From positions 768,001 through 832,000 of the forward strand of contig OZ252149.1 in assembly GCA_965248755.1 (NCBI GenBank): 64,000 nt of DNA. The letters run 5' to 3'. The position numbers and the translations under genes are program-made. The notes beneath the pieces are model-generated. The model searched no databases, was not told the origin of the DNA, and was given only the letters and a program-made list of their open reading frames with translations. The stretch is from Candidatus Latescibacterota bacterium. Lineage in GTDB: Bacteria; Latescibacterota; CBDEFO01. This document shows, in pieces, positions 37,935-47,344 of the stretch (the first letter of the stretch is position 1; each line of letters begins with the position of its first letter).

Positions 37935-40100
37935 ATGAACATATTGCTGCTCGTAGGAAAGGCCGTGTTAGTACTGATTCTGCTTTCAGATGAGGCTTAC
38001 GGATACATAGACCCGGGCACGACGGGCTATGTGTTCTCCGCCCTTGCGCCCATAATCGGTGGGATACTCCTTTTCTTCGGCTTCTTGATCCGACCTTTTG
38101 TAAGATTATTCAAATTTATCGCCAGAAAGTCCAAAGAAAAACCTAACGTGGCGATACCCCTTGTGTCTGTAACGTTTTTGGGAGCTGTAGCTGTAGCGGT
38201 TGCCTTTATTTTTGAAGGGGAAGGAGACGAAATCGCAATGCCCGATGTTAAGTTCGAAAGAGTCATAGTTTTAGGCATAGATGGCCTCGATCCGAATATA
38301 TTGGAGGATCTGATGGAGGTAGGTGAGCTACCCAACTTTGACAAGCTAAGAAACGAGGGGACTTTCAGACCCCTTTCTACCAGCAACCCAGCTCAAAGTC
38401 CAGTAGCGTGGTCCTCGATGGCCACTGGAAGCAACCCGGGCTACCACGGAATATTCGATTTCATCATCAGAGATCCGAAAAAATACCTGCCCGATCTTTC
38501 ACTGATGAAGATCAACAAAAAGAATATCCTCGCTTCAAGAGAATCGATGTTCTTACGCACGCGGAAGGGCACGGCCTTTTGGGAGGTCACGTCCAAAGCT
38601 GGCATCCCTACAAACGTAATCAGATGGCCCGTCACATTCCCGCCTGAAGAGGTTAACGGACATATGTTTTCTGGACTTGGGGTCCCTGACATAAGGGGTA
38701 ATTTAGGGCGCTACGCTTTTTACACGACTCGTCAGCTGTCCGAAGATGAGGAGGGCAGGGAGAAGGTCATACAGGTTGCTCTGAACAACCGCACTATCAA
38801 GACGTCCATATCAGGCCCTACTGTCTCAAAGATAAAGGGGAAAAGGGACGTCGAGATCCCCATGAAGATAAACATCCACAACGAAGATTCAGGCGTAACT
38901 TTGGACATCGACGGCAAGTCATACTCCCTTAACGAGAAAGAGTGGAGCGACTGGATCAAGCTCGATTTCAATCTGGGGTTTTTAAAACGCACAGCGGGCA
39001 TCGGTCGCTTTTATCTTTCGAGCGTAAAGCCCGAGGTAGAACTTTACCTTTCACCCATTCAGGTGGATCCTGAGAACGCGGCTTTTCCGATCACTTATCC
39101 AGACGAGTACGCCAAAGAGCTTGCCCAAAACATCGGCTGCTATCACACCTTGGGGATGCCCGAAGACACGAAGGCTCTGTCAGAGGGCCGCTTGGATGAG
39201 GACGCTTTTTTGGAGATGTGCGACCAGATAATGTCCGAACGGGAAAAGATGTTGTGGCACGAGCTGGATCACTTTGACAAAGGGGTCTTGGCGTTCGTGT
39301 TCGATACCACCGACAGGATACAGCACATGTTCTGGCGAACGAGGGACCCCGAGCATCCCATCTACGATGAGGAAATAGCGAAAAAGTACGGCGACGTCAT
39401 CGGTGACTATTATCGCCGCATGGACAGAATCCTCGGAAGGATGTTAGAATATTTGGATGAACAGACAGTCCTTATCATCGTCTCAGACCATGGATTTTCC
39501 TCCTTCAGGAGAGCAGTACATCTCAACTCATGGCTGGCAAAGAGCGGCTTTATGGAGCTCAAGCAGCCGCCCCAGCAGGGAGAAGACTATGCGCTGTTCC
39601 AGAATGTCAACTGGAGAGGGACGCAGGCTTACGCTTTAGGATTCGGGAGCATCTATCTCAATCTGAAAGGTAGAGAGGGAGCTGGAATAGTAGATGATGG
39701 AGAGGAGGCAAAAATGGTAAGGGATAAGATAAAAGATGCGCTTATGCAGTTGAAAGACCCACAAACAGGCCAGCTCGTAGCAAAGCGCATCTACACGAAA
39801 GAGGAGCTCTACAGGGGACCCTATACCGATCAATCGCCCGATTTGGTGGTCGGATTTAAGGAGGGCTATCGGTTCTCCTGGCAGACGGCTATCGGCGGAA
39901 GCCCCCGTGGACTCTTTGAAGACAACAATAAGAAATGGTCCGGCGATCATCTGATAGATCCGAGTTATATCCCCGGAATATTCCTTATAAATCAAAAGTC
40001 AAATGTCCAGAGCCCGCGTCAGATAGATATAGCTCCTACAATCCTAAAGTGCTTCGGGATACCCAGAACAGATGAGATGGAGGGGATTTCTCTTTTATAA
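37935..40100 (+). CDS. AlkP-superfamily (type I phosphodiesterase-like) protein with an N-terminal YIDPG membrane module
   Basis: LGIDGLD, SPVAWSSMATG.NPG.HGIFDF, DRIQH, SDHGF, SGDH, DIAPTIL. Confidence 0.85.
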   Translation: MNILLLVGKAVLVLILLSDEAYGYIDPGTTGYVFSALAPIIGGILLFFGFLIRPFVRLFKFIARKSKEKPNVAIPLVSVTFLGAVAVAVAFIFEGEGDEIAMPDVKFERVIVLGIDGLDPNILEDLMEVGELPNFDKLRNEGTFRPLSTSNPAQSPVAWSSMATGSNPGYHGIFDFIIRDPKKYLPDLSLMKINKKNILASRESMFLRTRKGTAFWEVTSKAGIPTNVIRWPVTFPPEEVNGHMFSGLGVPDIRGNLGRYAFYTTRQLSEDEEGREKVIQVALNNRTIKTSISGPTVSKIKGKRDVEIPMKINIHNEDSGVTLDIDGKSYSLNEKEWSDWIKLDFNLGFLKRTAGIGRFYLSSVKPEVELYLSPIQVDPENAAFPITYPDEYAKELAQNIGCYHTLGMPEDTKALSEGRLDEDAFLEMCDQIMSEREKMLWHELDHFDKGVLAFVFDTTDRIQHMFWRTRDPEHPIYDEEIAKKYGDVIGDYYRRMDRILGRMLEYLDEQTVLIIVSDHGFSSFRRAVHLNSWLAKSGFMELKQPPQQGEDYALFQNVNWRGTQAYALGFGSIYLNLKGREGAGIVDDGEEAKMVRDKIKDALMQLKDPQTGQLVAKRIYTKEELYRGPYTDQSPDLVVGFKEGYRFSWQTAIGGSPRGLFEDNNKKWSGDHLIDPSYIPGIFLINQKSNVQSPRQIDIAPTILKCFGIPRTDEMEGISLL

Positions 40101-40138
40101 AAGTAGAAAAAAGCTCCTAATAGCTGGAGACGAAAAAC

Positions 40139-41290
40139 ATGATTCGACCTCATGGTGGAAGGCTCATAAACAGATTATTAGATGGAGATGAAAAGGAAGC
40201 AGCGCAGGAGAGGACGAAGTCCCTGCCTCAAGTTAGGGTCGAGGATGAAATCCTGCAGGACGCCGAGAACATAGCAAAAGGCGTCTTCAGTCCCCTTGAG
40301 GGTTTCCTTTCAAGAAGCGACCTGGAGAGCGTCCTTTCAAAGGGCAGACTTAAAGACGACACGCCCTGGACTATCCCCATTCTTCTGGATGTGGATGAAT
40401 CGGACGCTCGTAGGTTTAGGGAGGGAGAAGATGTGGCGCTGGCAAAGAAAGATGGGGAGCCTGCGGCTATCTTGCACTTAGAAGAAAAATATACGTGTGA
40501 TAAGGAAAATATGGCTCTTTCCACCTTCGGTACGACGGACAGGAATCACCCCGGCGTGGAGGGGGTTTACCGCATGAAAGATATACTCCTGGGGGGAAAG
40601 ATCAGTCTGTTTCGAGAAATGCCTGACCCCTTCAAAGAGCACAATCTGCCCCCCGAAGGAACCCGAGCCGAATTCGAAAAGAGAGGTTGGAGGACGACGG
40701 TGGCGTTCCAGACCAGGAACGTTCCGCACGGAGGACACGAAAATCTACAAAAGACAGTCCTTGGGCTCGTGGATGGGCTTCTGATACAGCCTGTGATCGG
40801 CAAGAAGAAGAAGGGAGATTTCAAGGACGAGATTATCATCGAGACCTACAAGTTGCTTATAGAAAATTACTTCACAAAGGACAGGGTCCTTTTGAACATC
40901 CTCCCCTTCCGGATGAGATATGCAGGTCCCAAGGAGGCTATCTTCCACGCTATAGTCAGGAAGAACTACGGGTGTACACACATAATCATAGGCAGAGACC
41001 ACGCAGGCGTCGGAGACTACTATCACCCTGAGGCCGCAATAGAGATATTCGACGAGTACGACGACTTGGAGATACAGCCCATAACGATAAGGGGGGACTT
41101 TTTCTACTGCACCGTTTGCAGGCAACTATCCAGCGACAGGACGTGTCCTCACGGAGAGGACAAGCACATCAACTTCAGCGGCACAGCCATAAGAAAGTCC
41201 ATACTAGAAGGGAAAATGCCGCCCCAGGAGATCATGAGACCGGAGATCTTCGATGCCTTGAGCCGAAGCTCGAACCCTTTTGTGGAGTAG
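40139..41290 (+). CDS. sat: Sulfate adenylyltransferase
   Basis: PHGG, SPLEGF, QTRNVPHGGHE, GRDHAGVG, MRPE. Confidence 0.95.
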   Translation: MIRPHGGRLINRLLDGDEKEAAQERTKSLPQVRVEDEILQDAENIAKGVFSPLEGFLSRSDLESVLSKGRLKDDTPWTIPILLDVDESDARRFREGEDVALAKKDGEPAAILHLEEKYTCDKENMALSTFGTTDRNHPGVEGVYRMKDILLGGKISLFREMPDPFKEHNLPPEGTRAEFEKRGWRTTVAFQTRNVPHGGHENLQKTVLGLVDGLLIQPVIGKKKKGDFKDEIIIETYKLLIENYFTKDRVLLNILPFRMRYAGPKEAIFHAIVRKNYGCTHIIIGRDHAGVGDYYHPEAAIEIFDEYDDLEIQPITIRGDFFYCTVCRQLSSDRTCPHGEDKHINFSGTAIRKSILEGKMPPQEIMRPEIFDALSRSSNPFVE

Positions 41291-41330
41291 TTGCAAAGTA
41301 ACCAGTAAAACTACTAAAGGAGAAAGCACA

Positions 41331-41927
41331 GTGGAAAAAGGCTTTACAGTATGGTTTACGGGCGTCCCGGCATCTGGAAAGACGACTATAGCCATGGAAG
41401 TAGAACTGAGATTGAAAGAAAGAGGAATAAAGGTTGAGAATCTGGACTCGGACGAGGTAAGAGCCAACATAAGTCCCAATCTGGGCTACACGCTAGAAGC
41501 CAGAGATGAGAACACAAAGAGGCTGGCCTTCTTGAGCAATATTTTGTGCAGAAATGGAGTCTGTACCCTCGTCGCTGCTGTATCGAGCCTACGCAGCTTC
41601 AGAGATCGCGCAAGGGGGATGATAGATAATTTCGTGGAGGTTTGGGTGCGGTGCCCATTGGAGGAATGTCAAAGGAGAGACCCCAAAGGGCTATATGCCA
41701 GAGCCGAAAGGGGAGACGTAAACGACATAGCTGGACTCCACCAGCCCTACCAAGAGCCGGCAAACGCAGACGTAATCCTGGATACTCTGGGAACTACACC
41801 CCAGGAGTGTGCTATAGAGGTGATAGATAAACTAGAGGAATTGGGCTATCTAGAGCCGGATGATGCGTACACACAAGATGAGAAGGAGGAGATCAAGGAA
41901 AGGCTGTCGGATCTAGGGTACATATAA
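41331..41927 (+). CDS. cysC: Adenylyl-sulfate kinase
   Basis: WFTGVPASGKTT, LDSDEVR, RDPKGLY; AAGGAG before GTG 41331. Confidence 0.93.
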   Translation: MEKGFTVWFTGVPASGKTTIAMEVELRLKERGIKVENLDSDEVRANISPNLGYTLEARDENTKRLAFLSNILCRNGVCTLVAAVSSLRSFRDRARGMIDNFVEVWVRCPLEECQRRDPKGLYARAERGDVNDIAGLHQPYQEPANADVILDTLGTTPQECAIEVIDKLEELGYLEPDDAYTQDEKEEIKERLSDLGYI

Positions 41928-41985
41928 ATTCAAGCTACACAGCAAACAAGGATGGGAGGCAGTTGGTTCCCCACTGTATTTTGGG

Positions 41986-42840
41986 TCAGGCTTCAACCTC
42001 CTGGGCGTAGGACCTATTGATGTCTATCATAGAAACGTCTCCCGGGAGATATTCCTCGAGGACAACGCTCTTCATGCTGCGGAGTTTTTCGGTGATCCCT
42101 GCAATCTTATCGGCCTGTTGGAATATGATGTTAAGCTTATCCACAACATGTTCGTCGTCCACGGTGGCCAAAAGGAGTTGGACGTTTCCTGAAATCACGG
42201 TTAAGGGATTGTTTATCTCGTGATTTATACTGGCTGTAACTTGACCTATTGCTGTGAGCTTCTCAGATTCAATGAGCTTTTGCTGGGCTTCTTTCAGTTG
42301 CTTGTTTGTCTCTCTTAATCTGATAGTCGTGTCTCTGAGCTCTGTCACAAGACTGAGCTTTTCAATTATCAAAGAGACCTGACTACCGATGACACTGAGA
42401 AGATCAAGGTCGCTGTCTGTGAATTTCCCAGGTTCGGAATGACCAAAGTTCATAACTCCTATACTCTTGCTATGCAGGACAAGAGGCACGGAGAGAAAAC
42501 ACCTTATACGGTCTCCTTCAAATCTTTTTGTCCTGTGTATGTCGGACAGAAGGATCGGTCTTTGACTTCTGGCTACCCAGGCGGAGAAGCCCCGTCCAAG
42601 GTCGAAGTTGACTTTGTTGATAAGGTCAACAGCTTCGCCTTTGCTGGCCACTATCTCCAGTTCCCCTTGATCTTCCCTAAGTAGGAACAGTGTTCCGAAC
42701 TCGTAGTCCACCACTGTTTTGATGAGCGAAAGTATTGAGTTGAAGGTCTCCTTAGGTTTCGACTCTAGTGAAGCCTGTATGGCTTTTCCTATCTCTAAGA
42801 GGACCTTTACCCTCTGATCCGTTGCTCCGTTGCTTTTCAT
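41986..42840 (-). CDS. GAF + HisKA protein lacking the ATPase domain
   Basis: GAF motifs (LSVPL, GVMN, FTDSDL); SEKLTAIG..HEINNPL H-box; ends without N/G boxes. Confidence 0.8.
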   Translation of the reverse strand: MKSNGATDQRVKVLLEIGKAIQASLESKPKETFNSILSLIKTVVDYEFGTLFLLREDQGELEIVASKGEAVDLINKVNFDLGRGFSAWVARSQRPILLSDIHRTKRFEGDRIRCFLSVPLVLHSKSIGVMNFGHSEPGKFTDSDLDLLSVIGSQVSLIIEKLSLVTELRDTTIRLRETNKQLKEAQQKLIESEKLTAIGQVTASINHEINNPLTVISGNVQLLLATVDDEHVVDKLNIIFQQADKIAGITEKLRSMKSVVLEEYLPGDVSMIDINRSYAQEVEA

Positions 42841-42908
42841 AGTCAGTTCCCCTCTTTCTCAAGCGCTAGGGCATGGTTTAAAGACCGCACCTTTTCCCCA
42901 AAACAATA

Positions 42909-43430
42909 TCAACGCGGAGGACTTTTTTGGGGCGCCTTTCTTTTTTCTACAGCAGTTCCATCCCCTAACATGGACGGCTCAGACTCTCTGCCACGGCCTA
43001 TCTCTTTAAAAACTTTTAACAGTTTGACTTCATCTCTGCTTAGTCCGAATTTCTTGGCTGCCTCTCCCTCCTGGGACCCACTTTCGATCGAATCGCTCCA
43101 TAGATTAAACAGATCCAGGGAACTGCCGCGTTTAATCGTCTCTCTTTCTGCAGATGTAAGAGATTCATCTTTGGCAGTTCCGTTTCGCATCTTCTGTGTC
43201 GTCAAAAGGAGGCTTTCGTACGCTGTCTGAAGGTATTTTACCTTTTCATGTAGCGACGAAATTTCCTGGGAATTCTCTGAGCCTAAACTCTGATCCACAT
43301 TGTGGTTATGCTGTTCGGATGAGATTCCACCAGCTTTTGAGTTGTTCCACCTTCTTAGAATCAAAAGTGCGACCAGTCCAATAGATAGTCCGTTGGTCAA
43401 GAAGAGTCCAAACATGATCCACTTATACAT
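42909..43430 (-). CDS. Hypothetical protein: TM anchor, coiled coil, HTH-like tail
   Basis: AKKFGLSRDEVKL; AAGGTG RBS. Confidence 0.6.
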   Translation of the reverse strand: MYKWIMFGLFLTNGLSIGLVALLILRRWNNSKAGGISSEQHNHNVDQSLGSENSQEISSLHEKVKYLQTAYESLLLTTQKMRNGTAKDESLTSAERETIKRGSSLDLFNLWSDSIESGSQEGEAAKKFGLSRDEVKLLKVFKEIGRGRESEPSMLGDGTAVEKRKAPQKSPPR

Positions 43431-43524
43431 TATTCACCTTTCTCTTGTCCCCCGAAACATTCTTCCCCGATAGAATCAACCGGGGATGGCGAGCGTCGCC
43501 TGCGACCTTTTTGGGGGCCATTCT

Positions 43525-43875
43525 CTATGCCTCGATGTCTATCGCCTTCCCCTTATCAGATTCGGGGCCTTGTGAACTCGAAGGCTCGTTATTCTGTTCT
43601 TCATCTTCTGAGTCTTGGGGCTCATCTTTGTGCTGATGTTCTTCCGATAATAGGAGTTCGTCTTTGTCTTGGTGCTTTTTCTTATCTTTGTCTATCTGGG
43701 ATTCCTGAGACTTGGAACTCCGAACCGTTTTTCTCCGATTTGCCTCGGCGTTTTCTTGAAGCTGTGCCGCAAATTTCTTCTGGTCTACGTCCGGCTGTTG
43801 CCTTTGCGCATCGAGCATCCTTTCCACGATCTGGGTCTTGGATAGGGTGTTCTGAATATCCACTGAATCGGCCAT
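43525..43875 (-). CDS. Hypothetical low-complexity protein ending KGKAIDIEA
   Basis: 116-aa ORF with AAGGTGG RBS. Confidence 0.6.
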   Translation of the reverse strand: MADSVDIQNTLSKTQIVERMLDAQRQQPDVDQKKFAAQLQENAEANRRKTVRSSKSQESQIDKDKKKHQDKDELLLSEEHQHKDEPQDSEDEEQNNEPSSSQGPESDKGKAIDIEA

Positions 43876-44029
43876 CTGACGATCACCACCTTACGAAGAA
43901 ACAGGACAAAGGACACCTATTTGTCCTTACATCTGTCACCCAAAAGTTCCCCGACACCCTTGCTGTCTGATATTCAAGGCATCTTTGAGCTCTACGATGT
44001 CTCCTTATTGTGGAAGGTCAAAGTCTAAT

Positions 44030-44791
44030 CTACAAAGCCAAAACTTCTTTCATCCCTGCCCTCAGCCTGAGTATAGACTCTGTGTGTATCTGTGATACCC
44101 TGGATTCGGAGATCTCAAGCACCTGGCCGATCTCTTTCAGCGTCAGTTCTTCGTAGTAGTAAAGAGCAACTATAAGTCTTTCACGCTCTTGGAGACTGTC
44201 GATGATGTTCGTAAGGACGGCCTTGGTTTCCTCCTGCTCAAGGACATCTGATACTGTAGGTGCTTGGGGGTCTGAGATTATCTCAGCAGTGGTTAGCTTA
44301 TCCCCCTCTTCTTCTGGTATAGGTTTGTCCAGGGAAAAGATAGAGATCGGACTGAGCTTGCCTAACAGATCTCTGTAATCTGTAATGTCAATGTCCATCT
44401 CTTCTGCAATCTCTGACTCTTCGGGGGATCTGCCTAATTTGTGTTCAAGTGTGGAGAGCACACTCTCAAGTTCGCGGGCCTCTCTCCTCAGTGACCTCGG
44501 AACCCAGTCTATGGATCTTAGTTCGTCCATAATAGCGCCTCTTATTCTGGGGACGGCATAAGTGCTGAATTTGACCCCCAGGTTGGGGTCGAACGATCCT
44601 ATAGCGTCCATCAGCCCTAAAACTCCCGATCCTAAAAGATCGTCCGGGTCCACAGCGGGCGGCAGATGTATAGAGATTCTGCCCACGATGTACTTGACCA
44701 GGGGTATATACTGGAGCGACAGAGTCTCCTTGAGTTTGGGCTCTCTTGTCCTTACGAATTTTTTCCAGGTTTTTATCTCTGATGCCGTCAT
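44030..44791 (-). CDS. fliA: Flagellar sigma-28 factor
   Basis: YAVPRIRGAIMDELRSIDWVPRS; LYYYEELTLKEIG..SESRVSQIH. Confidence 0.95.
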   Translation of the reverse strand: MTASEIKTWKKFVRTREPKLKETLSLQYIPLVKYIVGRISIHLPPAVDPDDLLGSGVLGLMDAIGSFDPNLGVKFSTYAVPRIRGAIMDELRSIDWVPRSLRREARELESVLSTLEHKLGRSPEESEIAEEMDIDITDYRDLLGKLSPISIFSLDKPIPEEEGDKLTTAEIISDPQAPTVSDVLEQEETKAVLTNIIDSLQERERLIVALYYYEELTLKEIGQVLEISESRVSQIHTESILRLRAGMKEVLAL

Positions 44792-44820
44792 GCAACAAAC
44801 CTCTTAAGACTAACAAATTA

Positions 44821-44836
44821 AGCAAACGATTGGCCA
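44821..44836 (-). promoter_or_regulatory. Sigma54 -24/-12 promoter upstream of fliA
   Basis: TGGCCA-ATCGT-TTGCT on the minus strand. Confidence 0.6.
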
Positions 44837-44842
44837 GGATTT

Positions 44843-45103
44843 CTAAGTTACCCGTTGTTCAGCTTGCTTTTCCTCCTGAACGTCTTCACCCTCCTTAGAA
44901 TCCTCATCGGTAAGCTCAGCTTTTTCGACCGGATGCAGCAATTTAGGGGACAGAGTCTTTAATATCAGGATCCATGCAACCGCCCCCAGAGAGACGACAA
45001 GGGATCTGAATAGAGCCGCTTCCAGCGAATTTCCCATAGCCACTCCCAGAAGGGTCACGCCGCAGAAGATAAGGAGCGATAGATTTAGAGCAGTATTCTT
45101 CAT
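44843..45103 (-). CDS. Small two-TM hypothetical protein
   Basis: Two hydrophobic segments and an acidic tail; AAGGA RBS. Confidence 0.6.
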   Translation of the reverse strand: MKNTALNLSLLIFCGVTLLGVAMGNSLEAALFRSLVVSLGAVAWILILKTLSPKLLHPVEKAELTDEDSKEGEDVQEEKQAEQRVT

Positions 45104-45208
45104 TTTCGGTTCTTTTCCTTTTTGCACTATGTGGCAATATACCTCATCAGCGTTTGGACATTCTCCCCGAGGTAGGACGCCGACTCCGTAGGGCCTTTCT
45201 ACTATTGT

Positions 45209-46081
45209 CTACTGTCCAGGTGGAACGTCCATCGCGATCGGGACTTCCAAAGATTTTTTTGCGGTAAGAATATCCGATTCAGGCGTCAGGAGTCTTGCTG
45301 CAACGCGTTTTACATTTTGGGATGCCTGTGAGCTCGGCTTCGATATGAGGAAAGGCTCTCTTTGGGCGACGGCTTGGGATACGCTTTCATCCTCGGGGAT
45401 AAAGCCCAAGTACCCTATGCGTCTTTCGAGGAACCGTTCCACGACGAGCTGCATCTTCTCAAAGGTGTCCTCCGCTTCATCCTCCGAGCTTGCGCGGTTG
45501 ATCAAAAGCTTTATGTCCATATCACGATATCCGCTTATTATGAGTTTAATCATAGCGTAAGTATCGGAAGCCGTAGTAGGCTCTGGCGTCGTTATGAGTA
45601 TGACTTCTTTACAGCTTAGGACAAAGTCCATAACGTTCGTAGAAAGGCCGGGCGCTGTGTCTATTAGCACGAAATTGAATGCTTTCTCCAAAAGGGACAG
45701 CTGCTTTAAGACCTGCTGTCTTGAAATCTCAGCCGATTTTGGTATGGCTGTTCCACCGGAGAGAATTTTGGTGCCGGAGGGGCCGTCAAAAACGGCTTTT
45801 TGTATGTCCACATCGCCCAATATTACGTCTGCTGCTGTGTACTGTGGGTCAATACCTGCAAGTATATCCACATTAGATAGCCCCATATCTGCGTCAAAGA
45901 TCAGGACATCGTGATCCAGACCCGAGAGCGCTATAGCCAAGTTAAGGGCAAAATTCGTCTTGCCGACACCCCCCTTGCCACTCGTGATCGCTATTGCCCT
46001 TGCGGGGGTGACGTTGGAAGCTCGAGCACCCTCCGGGCGTCCATTGTCAGGTCTTTTGAATTTGTTGATGTGGTTGGGCAT
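45209..46081 (-). CDS. flhG: MinD/ParA-family ATPase FlhG
   Basis: SGKGGVGKT, DADMGL.N, TPEPT; follows flhF. Confidence 0.9.
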   Translation of the reverse strand: MPNHINKFKRPDNGRPEGARASNVTPARAIAITSGKGGVGKTNFALNLAIALSGLDHDVLIFDADMGLSNVDILAGIDPQYTAADVILGDVDIQKAVFDGPSGTKILSGGTAIPKSAEISRQQVLKQLSLLEKAFNFVLIDTAPGLSTNVMDFVLSCKEVILITTPEPTTASDTYAMIKLIISGYRDMDIKLLINRASSEDEAEDTFEKMQLVVERFLERRIGYLGFIPEDESVSQAVAQREPFLISKPSSQASQNVKRVAARLLTPESDILTAKKSLEVPIAMDVPPGQ

Positions 46082-46087
46082 ATCTAT

Positions 46088-47344
46088 CTATTTCATAATT
46101 AGTTCTGCCAGCTGGACAGGATCTGCTCTTTGTATTTCACCTGTGATGCTGGGTTCAGAAATCGTGTAAGAAAGAGGTTTTTTGACTCCGTCTATCAAAT
46201 TGAGTATCGTACCTGGATTTTCTGTCTCATAAAGCCGAGTCAGAAGAATTCTGTCGACCCCAAGGGGTTTAAATTTCTGGAAAAAGGCGAGGGAATCTTC
46301 CGGTTTGTCCGAGGCGCTCAAGACAAGATGCACCTCGTGAGGATCTATCTTCTGTACGAATCCTGCCAGTTCATCAAGAAGTTCTGAGGAGTTTTTGCTG
46401 ACTCCGGGAGTATCTATGAGAACGAGATCTTTATCTTTGAATCGCTCCAGTGCCCCTTCCATTTCAAAAGGAGAATAGACAGCGCTTGCTGGCACATTTA
46501 TAATCTTTGCCAGTCCTTCTATCTGTCCGAGGGCTCCGGCTCGGTAGGTATCGGCCGAGACGATAGCTATGTCTTTTGCTTTGTCAGTCTTATATTGAAT
46601 CGCCAATTTGGACAGAGCTGTGGTCTTTCCTGAACCGTTGGGTCCCACAAATAGTATCTTCATGCCCGTCTTTTGGAGGAAATTGGGAATTTTGATCATC
46701 TCTTTTGTCCGCTCAAGGACAGCTCCTCTGACAGATGAAGCGTCCCAGGGCTGTTCCTCCAGGTCTTTTTTCACTTTTCTAAGTAAGCTCCTTACAATCT
46801 TCTCATCTACGCCGTTTTTGAGCAATCCAGAAAAGATGTGTGCTGCGTCCGAGCCGTCCGAAAGGCGCGATACATCTGCATATTTGATCTGATGCGAAAT
46901 ATCTTCGATGGATTCTGAGATAGTCTCAATCTGCGCGGCAAATTGCTCCCGCAAGATTTTCGTTTCACTCTGAAGGACAGATCTTATGTCCTTCTCTACA
47001 GATGATTCACCGTTTGACTCGTTGTCGTAGGCCTCCGATAGCTTTGATCTAAAGGCAGACCCAGATGATACATCTTTTTGGAAGCCTGCAGGCTCACGAG
47101 CTCGCCTTTCGGTTTGGATAGGTTCTTTATCGGCAAGGGCAGCGGTGACCTCTATCTGCTCATTTTTTCCCCAGAATGCTCTTTTCATACTCTTTGAAGT
47201 CCCTCTTCCGTTGCCTCCCGAGCTAGACCTGCCCTGAGACGATACCTTTCTAGTCTTGAGGATAACTGCATCCTGTCCCAGGTCGGCTTTGACCTTAGAT
47301 AGAGCTTCATCCATCGTGGGGGCTGTGTATCTTTCAACTTTCAT
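46088..47344 (-). CDS. flhF: SRP-family GTPase FlhF (divergent)
   Basis: N-terminal VKADLGQDAVIL, GPNGSGKTT, DTYR, DTPG. Confidence 0.88.
   Translation of the reverse strand: MKVERYTAPTMDEALSKVKADLGQDAVILKTRKVSSQGRSSSGGNGRGTSKSMKRAFWGKNEQIEVTAALADKEPIQTERRAREPAGFQKDVSSGSAFRSKLSEAYDNESNGESSVEKDIRSVLQSETKILREQFAAQIETISESIEDISHQIKYADVSRLSDGSDAAHIFSGLLKNGVDEKIVRSLLRKVKKDLEEQPWDASSVRGAVLERTKEMIKIPNFLQKTGMKILFVGPNGSGKTTALSKLAIQYKTDKAKDIAIVSADTYRAGALGQIEGLAKIINVPASAVYSPFEMEGALERFKDKDLVLIDTPGVSKNSSELLDELAGFVQKIDPHEVHLVLSASDKPEDSLAFFQKFKPLGVDRILLTRLYETENPGTILNLIDGVKKPLSYTISEPSITGEIQRADPVQLAELIMK

Noticed and set aside
40139..41927. Dissimilatory sulfate reduction locus
   Set aside because: No aprAB, qmo or dsr genes; cysC points to PAPS formation.
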